DNA of 37,551 nucleotides from Seison nebaliae (GCA_023231475.1 JALJEE010001519.1:1-37551); one strand, 5' to 3'; counted from the stretch's first letter, positions 1-13,769 are shown. The notes: generated from the letters alone by a model not told the origin. Translations and numbers: made by a program.

Positions 1-123
1 ATTCTTCGCCGGTTGGTCAGTTCGTTCGTCGGACGACTTCTCCTTTCTCTCTCCATTAGGTGTCTTCGTTCTCTTTCTCATTCTTCGTAAGTCAAATTTA
101 GAAACATAAAACTTTCTCGTAGT
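1..123 (-). CDS. Possible partial exon of a gene running off the left edge (MRKRTKTPNGERKEKSSDERTDQPAKN...)
   Basis: Open frame on the minus strand from a ...TCATTTAG acceptor (ending at 124) through an ATG at 81 to the window edge. Charged peptide, no recognisable domain. Confidence 0.3.
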
Positions 124-671
124 CTAAATGAGAAATAAAAAAAAACTTATCGAATGTTGAAAGACAGATGTATGAGGGGAGGGAAACTGATGGAAAAAAG
201 AGTTTTTTTTTTGGGAAAGAAAAGCCATAACAATTCTAATTTACTTTCATTTCAAACGAAGAAGAGAGAAAGAAAGTCATTTAGTTGTAATGATGAGGAG
301 AAGTAGTTCATAAATATAAGAAGTAGCTACAATTACCACGACCAATCGACATGGAATTTTGCTCGAGAGTGTAAGAAGAAATTGCATGAGTGGAATGAAT
401 AGCCGATAAATGAGAATGTTAAAGAAGAAGAAGAAAACATTTTTATTCATCAAATATTGTTTCACTTCAGAGACTATTGACAATTTGAATGAAAAAGAGG
501 AAGTTGAATGACGTCACCATAAATCCACATGTCAACAAGGACGAAGTGTCTTTAACGATGTGATATAACTAAATGGATGGACGGATTAGGAGAAAAATGG
601 AGAAAAATATATGACGGAAGAAAGTAAGCTAAAGAATCAATGAATTCATCATCATCACTTCCCACCATTCT

Positions 672-2119
<1,448 letters not shown>

Positions 2120-2696
2120 TTAATCGCAGACGTTGAAAGAATAAGGATTAATCAAAGAATTGGACGGAGGAATGGAATCTAATGGGAAATGAGAACTGTT
2201 AGAACGATTGAGTTGAGAGATTGTCGTCGTCAATGATCGGGTGGTGATCCACCCTCGAAATTCACCCTCAAACAAAATTGTTCACTTGAAATTTTTAGTT
2301 TAATAAAATGAAATATTTTAATATACTTATCGTCGGTAATAATTTACATAATCATCCGTTCCATTGAACATAAACAAACGTCAACTTCCATATAGTAACA
2401 TATGCACATAGATCTAATAATAATTCATTTGCCACTTCAACTTATTTGGCTTCTTCTTCTTTTTCTGTCGACTTAAACACTTCACATACATAATGAAGTA
2501 CGTGGATTTTTTTGTAGGCTATTCATATAATCAGTTCTTGTACAACACTCATATATCAATGGCACTTTAATAATTTACCGCTCATATTTTTCATTTATAA
2601 TTTATTTAGTTAGTTTATATCATCAGATTTTATCTGACTTATATCGCTTGAATGGAATACGTTTTCTCATCAGTTCATTATGAAATATGAGTTCCT

Positions 2697-2722
<26 letters not shown>
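2697..2722. repeat. (CT)n microsatellite
   Basis: Direct CT dinucleotide run. Confidence 0.9.
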
Positions 2723-2728
<6 letters not shown>

Positions 2729-3169
2729 GGAAGAAATGAGAAATTTAAAATTTAATGATAAAATTTCTACTCCACAAAATATCCAAATTGATTTTGTAAT
2801 AAAAGAAGAAGATAATTTATATATGAAATTAAAGAAAAATATAATCAAATTAAACGAAGTGAAGGTAATTGAGAAAGAGAAGTTTGTTTTGATGATGATA
2901 TATGGTGTAAATTGATGTAATACAAATCATGCTTTCGATGAAGAAGTCATGATTCAAAAACCATAATGACAATTTCACACTGTGAAACATAAACGAAATT
3001 AGAAGAACAATAGAAAAGTAATGGTGAATCGATTTATTTTTTAAAAATTCTTGATGAAATTAAGTGAGAGTTAAGTTAATTTTGATTGTTAGAGAAACGG
3101 TAGATAAGGTATCGAATTTGAGTTTGATAGAATGAAATGTCGAATTTCTTTTTTCTTCTATTCTAATTT

Positions 3170-3460
3170 CGTCCGGAAACGGTAAATCGTCAAGTTCACG
3201 CCGATTCCATTCCACCAATCTTCTTTCACGACCTTTCAAATGGCCAGTAGTTCTCTGGGCTTTGGAATCTCTCCTCTCTAGGAAACAGGGGCAAGACCGT
3301 TCATTTCATTGATTGGGTATCCTTCTTCGGTCTTGCCCCAAGTCGGGTACCATCGGAACAATGAAAAAGTGATGGACCGATGGTACCCATTCACCCCATT
3401 TCTCACTACCACTAGTCATTCCAACGATATGGACGATAACTAGTGGTATGGAAATAAACG
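3170..3460. ncRNA. Candidate structured non-coding RNA, family unknown (minus strand slightly favoured)
   Basis: Perfect stems 3288-3299/3328-3339 (12 bp), 3345-3356/3377-3388 (12 bp), 3407-3416/3439-3448 (10 bp), plus 3203-3209/3263-3269 (7 bp), in a GC-elevated island with no ORF in the track. Confidence 0.5.
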
Positions 3461-3539
3461 AAATTATAAAACTTTCTTCAAATACTTATTCATAGTATAA
3501 TTGTCTCTTCAATTTATACACGAAAAGGATTAGCGCAAA

Positions 3540-3666
3540 AACTGAAATTTTCAGTTACAACAATGAACATTTACTCAGTTCGTTTGACGTGTCAATTTGT
3601 CATTGGCTAAATTAAATATACAACTAAAATATGTCAAATTCAACAAATAAAATGACGACACGTCAT
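3540..3666. promoter_or_regulatory. Cluster of TGAC...GTCA inverted motifs and a CCAAT box (minus strand), possible promoter
   Basis: TTGACGTGTCAA 3584-3595, ATTGG 3602-3606, ATGACGACACGTCAT 3652-3666. Lies upstream of the hairpin island on the minus strand. Confidence 0.22.
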
Positions 3667-3974
3667 ATTAGTCAGAGTTTGACAAGTAATAAAAATTGAC
3701 CAGTTGTCTTACATTTTCAGACTCAATTTCATTTTTATCCTTCCTCACATCGTTAAAAGATCGAAATCGTTTCTTTTTTTTTACTGCACGAAAAGTGCAC
3801 AAAAAATGCACGAAATTTCAATTTTTTATGCAAATCGTTGGAATGATAATAAAGACAGAATTCTTAAGATTTTACGATAAGACTATTCAATTAGCCTTCT
3901 CTCAATTTATATGTATGATAAAAAAATTAATAAATTTATTTTTCTTATTAAATGTTTTTCTGTCGATCCGTCTC

Positions 3975-6900
3975 TTATTTGACCATTTGCGACGTTTTCA
4001 TTTGGAGGACCATGATCACTTTAGACAGGTTGGATAATTCTTCTAGAAATGTGATGATAATGAACAACGAGAAAGTGGAAAATGGAACCTGTTGTTAGAC
4101 TTTGATTATTCTGCAATTTACTAATATCGATCTTGTTAATTAAATTATAAAAATCCGTATTGTTATTCTGATGTTCGTGATTGGTGGGCGTGGTATGATC
4201 ATGAGCATGAGAAGGAGGAGATGTTGACGATTGTTCGGTGATGGAATTTCGATTCGTAATAATTAAAGAATCATCATCATGACTCTTCTGATGACGGTGG
4301 AATAATTTCTTCAAGAACGGTTGTTGTTGTTGTTGATCAATATCGTATCGTTGAGATTTAAATTCGTTATCGATTTTATCAATGGAAATATTGTCGATTG
4401 AAGATTCGCCATTTCTGCCCGATTGATGGTGATCGGATTGTTTAAATGAGAAATCAAGTTCCAAATCGAATAAGGAAGTTCGACTATTATTCTTCTCGTT
4501 TACATTCCTCAAATTGTGATCGTTCGGTTGATGATGATGGTGGAGATGATGGTTGTCATTGGAGGAGCATCGATTCTTCGAACTACCGAGACTTCCCGTT
4601 CTTAATCGCCGCGCACCAGATTTGATGAAGGATTTGATGGAGGACGTTCTCGTTTCTTTCAGTTTCACTTCATTCTGATTCGTCTGATTCGAATGATGAA
4701 GTGATGTGATATTAGTAACGGAATTCGCTATCAGTTTCGGTTTGACTGTAGCTGAATTTTTAATTGTCACATAACTCGACGTCAATTTACTGCCAGCAGG
4801 TGGAAGAGTGGATTGGACGGTGGAACTCTTATTCTCCACGCCCTCCACCTCCTCCTCCCCACCACCGTCATTCGTGTTAATGAGACGGTTTTGAATATTC
4901 TTCAAAAAATTCGTCGATAAATAAAGATTGGGATTTCTAATACGCGTCAATGATGATGATTTCGTTTTCTTCAAACCACTTCCCTCATTACTGACGATGG
5001 GTGGACATTCATAAGAATTTTGATTTTCACTCAATGAAAAACGAATTTTTTCTTCTTTTCTCTTATTTGTCCTGGTCGTCTTTTCTTCTTTCTTTTCTCC
5101 TTCATTAGACGTCATTTCTTCTTCTCTATTCTCTGGTTCATATTGATAATGATGAACAATATTTTGTTGTTGTTGTTGTTGTTGTTTGAGAGAATGGGTG
5201 GTCGATGATAGATGTTGAGACCAAGAGCGACGTCTCATTTCATCTAAGTCGATTTTCTTTTCATGATCATTCGACTTTTGTTTCATGCAATGATCCATAT
5301 CAGAAATTAAAGCCGACGTATCAGTATATTCATATTCCACATGAGACACTTTATTCTCGATCGGTATCGAACAAAGATAATCATTACTATCATGATAACA
5401 TTGTCTCTGTCGTTTCAATTGACTTCCATTCATTTTGTTCATTTCGAAATTATCGTCGATATCCGTATAAATTCCTGTTTGAACGATCTCCTCTTTATTC
5501 TCCAACTTCTCATCGAATTGATAATCAACGTCATTCGTCGTATTCAACTCACTCAATTTATTCGACTGACTCTCATTCGATATTTTACTGGAAAGGATGT
5601 CGTCCGAATTCGTCGAATGATACGCCGAACTTCCACTACTATTCTGACGGATAATCGCATGTTGTTCATCACACAAATTCCCACGACCAATACTCAACGT
5701 GTCCAATTGGGTGATAGGCGCCCGAATCTCCTTCTCCAATTTGAAGAAGATAGTCAAATCCTTCTCCGATTTCAATGTACCGTTCTCCGAATGAATATGA
5801 TAATCATCCAACATTCTTCCGTCACTTCTTCTCGTCTCCTGATGTGACATGGAAATGGGAATCATCTTCTCACCATGCTCCCCACCACAAACATAACTAT
5901 AAGTACAATCGTTCGACGAATCGGGAAATTTCTTAAGCGCGACCGATCTCGTCCTAATCTTTTCCATTTCATGATCAACGACGAAATCGGAAATTTTCCG
6001 TTTTCTTTCCTGACTGATGATTTGGAGGAAGTGATTGAACAGATCCGTTTTCAATCCCTCGTTCTTCTCCGATCGATAAACGGAATTATCAGAAAAAATC
6101 TGAAAAAAAAATTTTAATTTTAATAATTTTTAATTTAATTTCAACGAACTTCCATTTCATAAGTCAAATCGTTTTTCAGGAATAGTTTGAACACTTTCCT
6201 CTTATCCATTGACACATGTTCAATATCGCGATTCTTAAATTGGAAAAAAAATGATGGAAAGAGAAAATGAGAAAAAACTTCGATTATGGTGTGGAGATGG
6301 TTGGACGATAACCGTTTCAATGGTATGACGAGGATGAGAATTCGATTGCTGAAGACGAGTAGTCGTCGTCGATTCTTTCCGTTGAATTGTCGCACGTACA
6401 AATCGTACAATAATTCGTTATCATTTTGAAGGAAACTGATGAATTTGTTTGACGTCTCATCAATTCGATGAGTGTTCGATGGCGATTGAACGTGACATGA
6501 ATAAGAGTAGAGGAGAGATTCTTTCGTCTTCTCGGAATGACACGAGAAGAAGTCATTCCAATTACGCTTGTGGAAATACATAGAATCATAGAACGATTGA
6601 TGATAGTTGCCATGGCAACGACAGCTAACTTCACTTCCATCAGATGGAGCGATCAATGTTGTTGGGAGACGTACATCATATTTCTCCAATCGATAATTAT
6701 TTAAATAATGACAACGTACTTTGATCTGATGGAAATTGTCGGAGACTTTCTCGTTCGTCTTTTTCAGTTTTATATACGTTTGTAACACGCCGGAATAAAC
6801 GGCGGCGGTGCAATGCCATTTGGAGAGTTTATAAGGAAAATCGGAAATTTGTAACTTTTTATGAGCCTTCCTCTTATGTCGTCTCTTCTGCTCTTGTTTC

Positions 6901-7373
6901 TGCTGTTGATATAACTTCATAATTTTCGATTCTCTCCTCATCAATTTGATGATTTGTTCGAACGTCTGAAAAAAGGATGACGGCCATTCTATCACGTTCA
7001 ACCAGATACATCTCAATTTCTGGATTTCATTCATTGGCAAGATATTATCGATGAGGAATGAAAAGGTCGAATATTTGGAGGAGAGGTCGATCGTCAACGA
7101 TTCCAATGGATCGATCTGCTCATTGAACCACATACAAACGGTGGCAATACATCGTTTCTTACTGGCTGATTGAAGGACGTTGAAGAGATCGAGTTGCATT
7201 TGCGAACATCGATGGAAGGAATGAAAGACGTTTGGCAGGAGATTGATGAGATTAAATTTCTCGATCATCTCATAAGCCATTCTCATAATCTTTAGTTGTT
7301 TGTGTTGTTGTTGGAGTAGTTGTTGGAAGAAACTATCCAATGGCGAACGAGTTTTCACGTCGTTCATATTCAT
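3975..7373 (-). CDS. Degenerate DH/PH (RhoGEF-like) protein with a long low-complexity C-terminal half; exons 7373-6279, 6233-6150, 6099-4089, 4042-3975 (start uncertain)
   Basis: ORFs 6141-7373 and 4021-6054 join in phase through a 50-nt GTT-AG intron (6149-6100). PH-like RRRLLVFSNRILILV strand preceded by a helical DH-like block. A final 46-nt intron (4088-4043) gives the helical end TEELSNLSKVIMVLQMKTSQMVK*. The gene is well supported, the domain call is weaker. Confidence 0.6.
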
Positions 7374-8815
7374 CCTTCGACGAATTAGTCTCTTTTTTAC
7401 ACTTCACTCACACAGTTCGAATAAAGTACACTCACTTCTTAATGTCTCTCCACTTGAAAAGTCTCACCAATCAATCACTTCGGTGGGATTGATAAAGAAG
7501 AATTAATTTAATTTTTTTCGATTGTTGTTGTTGTTGTTGTTGTGAATGTCAGAAAGAAAAGAAGATGAAAATGAGATTGGGCAAAGGAGAAAAGAATGAT
7601 GTCTGAATAGTGCTTTGATCGAAAAGAAGAGAATTTACATGCGAGAAATAATCGGGAAAGTTTTATAACAATCTTTCCTCCAACTTTCAATTTGAATCGT
7701 TCGATCGTCTTCCCAATTCTCAATTTTAATCTCATCCTCATCATCCTCATCATCATCATCATCTGGATGATCACCACCATCATTACCATTTTAAATGGTA
7801 ACCGTTTTAATAATAATTCTCATATTAATATTTTCCTCATTCATCAATTCATTACTGGATTACATAATCGATTGATAAGGTTGATTGATTAATCAGGTCA
7901 GTTCTAACCGATCTTCAATCGAAAATCAATCGATCTCATGAAAAGCTTCGCTGTTCTATGCGTCTTTCTCTTAATTACATACGGAAGCAATTTGATCGAT
8001 AAGAAGATTTCCATTTCACATTGAATCTGTCTTCTTTCTCTATCGTTTTTCGTGTCTTACTCTCATCACAACCTCAATTTCCACCGTCGTCACATGATAT
8101 TTTAGTTACGAGTAAATTTTAGAGATAATAATTCGATTAGATATCTACAAATATTCTTCTTCTTCTTTATCTTTCAAAATTATTTCAAATAAACTTTTCA
8201 CGAACACTCCCCGAAGAAAACACCTCGACAAAAATAAAATCGAACCGGATCAAATCACCTCCTGTTTACATATAATTGATTAATTAGCAGTTATTATTTT
8301 TAAGATTTTTTTTCGAAGTCAATTCGAAGGAGGAGGAGGACGACGAGAGGGAGGACGAATTGATGATAATCAATTTACTTAAACGAAAAAACAACTTCTC
8401 CCCTCGAACGGGAAAGGTTAAAGGAAGAGACTGATAAGATGTTTGTCTCTTTCGATCTGATTTCATACTCGGCAAGGTTAGATAACAAACCCACAAATGA
8501 TGATATCACATGTCACATTAAAAACCGTTATTGTGGTTACTAGCTGACAAAAGTGCTCGCCGTCTCTCCCTTCCTCCCCACCGCAACCACATGTCGGGAC
8601 AGTTACGAAAAAGATGAGATTCGTCTCGTACATTCATCATGAGACAGAGATGTCGAGGAAGAGATACACGAAACTTTCCAATATCTAATAGTTAACTTGC
8701 TAGCTCACGTTTTCGAGATGAGCTAACTCTAAGTAGCTAGATAGTAAGTTATAATTGAATATTTCACATATTCTTCCTTTCGATTAGCGCTCGCGCGTTA
8801 TGTCAGAATATATCG

Positions 8816-8816
<1 letters not shown>

Positions 8817-8842
<26 letters not shown>
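8817..8842. repeat. (GT)n microsatellite
   Basis: Direct GT run. Confidence 0.9.
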
Positions 8843-8847
<5 letters not shown>

Positions 8848-10159
8848 GGGAGAATCGAGAGAAGAGGAGACGTTTTAAAAGTTTGAAATCGAACATTCGG
8901 TTAGATTCATTTACGAATGATCAATGATTCAAGTGAACATTCGAATTAGCTGATGCTTTCTTCATCATCATCATCATCATTATCATCATTACAATAAAGA
9001 TGATTGAAAATCACGACATTGGATTGATTCGATACTGTGTATGATCTCGAAAATGAGCATAAATAAACAAATCATCAAATCTCAACAAATATCATTTCCA
9101 ACCACCAATTCACCACAAATTTTCATAATATTTTCGATTCTCCCATCGAACTTCAACATATCATACTTCCTTCCATCTCCAATTTAGTTCATTATCATTC
9201 ATCATTAATCGATGCGAGAGACACATTTGATAACGCAATGAATCAATTTCTTCGCAATATTATACTTTACCTTATTGTTGTCGATGATGAGAATGGAAAT
9301 GTTAATCGATCATCGATCACAACCCAAATAGGAATAGTACCGTAGAACATGTAAATAATTAATATTGTTAATTTATTATAAACAATCGAGAAAATTGATC
9401 AATTATCGATTTGATCTATCGACTTTTTTCAACATAAACAAAAGATATTTTATTTTCAATTTTTTTTATTAATCTTCTTTAAAAGAATCTTCAATTAGTT
9501 CCAAGAATCTTTCAAATCTAAATCATCATCATCATCATCATCATCGAGATAAATTTCTTTATAGTTCCAATCGACATTTTTTTCTTTCACCTCCACTCAA
9601 TAAATTGATATATATTGAGATATGTTTATTGATTTTATTCCGTCAATAAATTCATAAATTTTCAATCGTTAACATATCTTCAAACATTTTTTACTTTAAA
9701 AAACTTAAATGCATTTTACCATTTTCTATGACATGAGTGCCCAAATGAACATTTATCTTTCACTTTTCTTTTCTTTTTTTTTCCGGAGATAAGAAGAAGA
9801 ATCGCATTCTCCTTTACACTCTCGCCATCCAAATACATGATGATTAAGAATTGATTGTTTATCTTCTCCTTTTTTACGTTTTTTTCGGATGGAATTGAGA
9901 AAAAATATATTGAATTTATTTTTAAAAATTTCAAAGAAACGACAATTTACGATCACATCCTTTATGATAGGGAGCAGTGATCTCTAAAGAGTTTGATCAA
10001 TAAGGGGAGAAGAAAAGTGTATTCAAAATCGGAAAGGAAAGAAACTTTCAATTCTTTCAATCATTTTGAAAACGAAAATATTTTTTTTACTGAAATGATA
10101 AAAAATGAGTCACAAATGAAACAAGAAAAAAAAAGAAGAATAAGATTACGACATAAGCA

Positions 10160-10215
10160 ATAGTTGTAGTAGTAGTAGTAGTAGTAGTAAGTAGTAGTAG
10201 TAGTTGTAGTAGTAA
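10160..10215. repeat. (TAG)n imperfect microsatellite
   Basis: Direct TAG/TTG trinucleotide run in intergenic DNA. Confidence 0.85.
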
Positions 10216-10892
10216 TAATGATGACGATGATGTTGATGGTGGTGGTGGTAATGATGGTAGAAAGAAATGAAATCCCATTTTGGTGAGAGATCGAATAATT
10301 TAAAATAAGAAAAAAAAGATGAATTTCCATTTCCTGGTATGAAGAAGAATGGATCATCATTATGAGCTCGGTAAGATTAGAAAATGATATTAATATCGAA
10401 AAAAAACGGAAAGAAAGAAGAGATTTTTTCATAAAGAAGAGATCATAAAATTTTCATCAATTACTTCATTGAATTTTCATAGATTTTACATCGATCTATC
10501 TCTCTTTGTGTTTCACGTTCTGTTTCTTTCACTTTTTGAGACAGAAGATAAAAAAAAATAGAACTACAAATTTGTTTATTATTTCCATGGCACTCGGGTG
10601 GCGTTCCATGATAGAAGGCGGAGAGGACGAGTTGGAATAAAAAAAATATTTTTGAAAATAAATCTCTTTTTTTTTTCCTCCCAATTCCATCCTCTCTCTC
10701 ATTACTAATCTTTTTCTTTTCTTCTTCTTTTTGAAATTTAAAATGTTTTTACATTCAATTCAACAATTACGTAACGATCAATAAGAGATATGAGTAACAG
10801 GAACGATTGACGTGTATTTAGAGGAGGTGGAGGAGAGGGAAAGGGAAAGAGAAAGGAGATTAGAAAGAGAAAAAAGAAACCTAATCGAACAT

Positions 10893-13670
10893 TTAGTAAC
10901 GTGCACTTCGACGATTACCTGTCGGATTGGTGTTGGGATTGTTGGGCCGATAAGCAGAGATGTTACGACCGATACGTCGATTGCCGAATCGATTAAAATT
11001 AATTCGATTCGTTTGACTGGTTGCTGATGCTGAACCAGTAATGGTATTCATGGGCATGATGGGAGGATAATTGGGTTGTTGGAGGAAATGATGTGACATC
11101 GATCGACTGGCATTTGATGGTTGCATCATGTGCATATCATCATTCATTGGCATATGACGTTGTGAATTCATCATGGAAATGGCAGCTGATCCCATACCAG
11201 TTGATGGCATTGATGAGTATGGCATCGAAACGCCGGAATATTCATTGGCATTATTCATCATGGCAGATGTGCTATCGAACATAGGTGACACATTGACATT
11301 ATTCGCTTGTTGATTAGTATTAACGGCGGGATAATTTGTTCGCATATTTCGATAATGAGAATAATTGATCTGATCAATCGGCATCATTTCACTCACTTCC
11401 ATCTGATCCTCCATCATCTCGTTAGTGGAATAAATGGAATTGGACAATTTATCATTTTGACCCGATTTCATCGCCATCGATTGATCAGACATCATCGAAC
11501 GATTACCATTATTACCATATATTCCCATTCCTGTCATTTCATCCATCGATCGATTCATAGTTGAATGATTTTGAAAATTATTATTTCCATTTGGATTATT
11601 ATTATTATTATTCGGATTATTATTATTATTATTATTATTATTGTTGTTGTTGGCACTTGTTGAAGTGGATGATGAATTCATAATATCATCCACATCATCA
11701 TTATTTGCATTCATCATCACATTATTAGCATTGGTCGATGAATCATTCATCATCATAAAATTATAATCCATTTCCGTTCTCATCGGATTGGACATGGGAT
11801 TAGTATTACGATAAAATCGATTATTTTGAATCATTTCCATCGGATACATTTTATTATTAGGTGCTTTCTTCATAAATTTCATTGTGAATTTATTCGCGTA
11901 TGACGTGTCGATGTTAGTCTCATTTCCATTCATTTTCTTATCGCCCAAAATCGAACGAATTTGTTTCTTTACCATCGAATGTAAATCTTTAATTTCATGA
12001 CGCATTTGCATCTGTAACGACTTCTCGTGTTGATCACATTGTTTCCATCGAAGTGCCACACCATAATTTCCGTCATTCTTCCTTATCCAAAAACCATACG
12101 AATGGATATCGTACGCTTTCTTCGGGAGGCCACTATCGATATTAGGGAATGATGATTCGTCGGCTATCTCCGCCCAAACTGGTCTTGTTCTTGACATGAA
12201 TGATGGATCGAGTATTGTTTGATTTGAATTCTTATTAATCGGATGTGATTGTGAAATGGGGAAAACGAGTGCGCCCAAATTAATTCGCTCGATAATTTTT
12301 GATGCTGTATGTTTCGAATCGACTTCCACTAACGCCTCGCCACAACTCTTTCCACGCTCGTTAGTGAGGACGATGGCTCGTTCGATCATCTCTTCGGCGA
12401 TACTTCCGTTAATTTGAGTCATATCATTTTTGGCGTCGGGAAATTTTTTGATTTTTTGTTCTCTCATTTTTTGAAAAACGCCACTCGTCGAATTGGATGG
12501 ATGACCGAGCAAATATGCCGCACAACTAATCAAAGCATTCCTCAACACCTCATTATTGACATGATGTGGCACATGTCTCAATCTCACCATACATTGACCA
12601 TGAGAAACGATACGAATGTGCAACGATTGTTCCTTCATATACACCGTCGATGGTGTTGAATTGGGTAATGATGGTGGTGGTGATGTTGATGTTGATGTGG
12701 ATTCTTTCGATTCCTCCAGTTTTAAATCATCTTCATCTAAACTAATATTCAATTCTTTCATCTTTTTGAATAATGTTTCACGTCGTTCTCTCGTTAATCG
12801 ATCCGGTTTCTCACCATCATATCGATCCATGATGATTTCGGCACCTGCTCGACTTCCCATCATAACGAAAGCTGATCCACGATTCGTATTAAATCGGATC
12901 CATTCAACTCCACCATATTCCAACGTATATTCATCCAATAAATATTTCAAATCAACAATCGTCCAATCGTGGGGAAGATGTTGAATATAAATCTTTCGAC
13001 GGCTCCACAAACGACGTTGATCATTTTCTCGAATTAATTGACTCCTCTCCCAAAACACGACGTCATTCGACGTATTCATCGGTCGATTTGTCGGTCGCAT
13101 TTTCACTTTCTTATTCAAATTCATCTTGTTATTATTATTGTTGTTATTGTTGTTGTTAGTTGTAGTGGTGGCGACTGGTGGTGGTATAGACATAGATGAT
13201 ATCGATGGTTTTATGGCACCGATAGTGACGCTTTTCTCCACAGATTTCTCCACGGATTTATCCAATCGCTTCTTCTTCGATTGATTATTCGTCTCATCGT
13301 CATTTACTTCATCGTCATTTATCTCTTCCGTCACTTCATCTTCTGTGGCAACGAGACCATTCGCGTCGTTCTTGTTGAACGTCTCGTCTAATTCCAAACT
13401 ATCGTTGTAAATGTCCTCCATCTCTCCTGACGAATTCAACGAATTATTATACACGTCGGCCACACACTCTTCCACATTGGCACCGTTCTGATGCATGACT
13501 TCCTCATCTCCTCCCGTCTCTCCTTCCTCTAACGACTCAGACTTATTGTCGCCTTCATTCTCCTTCTCTTCCATTTTGGACGCACTACGTTTCATGCCGC
13601 TGACAGGCGACAACGGCTCCTTCTTTTCTATCTTAGTAATCGGCTCACTCTTCGGCACTACTTCGGACAT
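10893..13670 (-). CDS. DBHS-family (NONO/SFPQ/PSPC1/NonA-like) RNA-binding protein, single exon, 925 aa
   Basis: RRM1 (RKIYIQHLP...GSAFVMM), RRM2 (VRLRHVPHHVNNEVL...IERAIVLTNERGKSCGEALVE), NOPS-like RPVWAE...DSGLPKK...YGVALRWK, a coiled coil, and C-terminal NRRSARY resembling the DBHS KRRRY NLS. Confidence 0.85.
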   Translation of the reverse strand: MSEVVPKSEPITKIEKKEPLSPVSGMKRSASKMEEKENEGDNKSESLEEGETGGDEEVMHQNGANVEECVADVYNNSLNSSGEMEDIYNDSLELDETFNKNDANGLVATEDEVTEEINDDEVNDDETNNQSKKKRLDKSVEKSVEKSVTIGAIKPSISSMSIPPPVATTTTNNNNNNNNNNKMNLNKKVKMRPTNRPMNTSNDVVFWERSQLIRENDQRRLWSRRKIYIQHLPHDWTIVDLKYLLDEYTLEYGGVEWIRFNTNRGSAFVMMGSRAGAEIIMDRYDGEKPDRLTRERRETLFKKMKELNISLDEDDLKLEESKESTSTSTSPPPSLPNSTPSTVYMKEQSLHIRIVSHGQCMVRLRHVPHHVNNEVLRNALISCAAYLLGHPSNSTSGVFQKMREQKIKKFPDAKNDMTQINGSIAEEMIERAIVLTNERGKSCGEALVEVDSKHTASKIIERINLGALVFPISQSHPINKNSNQTILDPSFMSRTRPVWAEIADESSFPNIDSGLPKKAYDIHSYGFWIRKNDGNYGVALRWKQCDQHEKSLQMQMRHEIKDLHSMVKKQIRSILGDKKMNGNETNIDTSYANKFTMKFMKKAPNNKMYPMEMIQNNRFYRNTNPMSNPMRTEMDYNFMMMNDSSTNANNVMMNANNDDVDDIMNSSSTSTSANNNNNNNNNNNNPNNNNNNPNGNNNFQNHSTMNRSMDEMTGMGIYGNNGNRSMMSDQSMAMKSGQNDKLSNSIYSTNEMMEDQMEVSEMMPIDQINYSHYRNMRTNYPAVNTNQQANNVNVSPMFDSTSAMMNNANEYSGVSMPYSSMPSTGMGSAAISMMNSQRHMPMNDDMHMMQPSNASRSMSHHFLQQPNYPPIMPMNTITGSASATSQTNRINFNRFGNRRIGRNISAYRPNNPNTNPTGNRRSARY

Positions 13671-13758
13671 CTTCCAACAAATTTATTCGTGAAAAAAAAA
13701 ATTCTCTCGTGTAAATTTCTCTTTAAATGAATCTACTGTACTACTTGGTTTGGTTGAA

Positions 13759-13769
<11 letters not shown>

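Noticed and set aside
3385..3402. CCCATTCACCCCATT as a telomerase template (1.5 repeats)
   Set aside because: It lies 3' of the loop-loop structure on that strand and no matching telomeric repeat is visible, so it cannot be supported.
3405..3430. Minus-strand UGGAAUGACUAGUG resembling miR-7 or miR-1
   Set aside because: An inserted base breaks the miR-7 seed, it is on the wrong arm, and the 3' sequence does not match either family.
7500..10800. Short ORFs and an acidic peptide (DDDDDEDDEDEIKIENW) upstream of the DH/PH-like gene
   Set aside because: Bounded by stops, no splice path found, and composed largely of ATC/TAG microsatellites.
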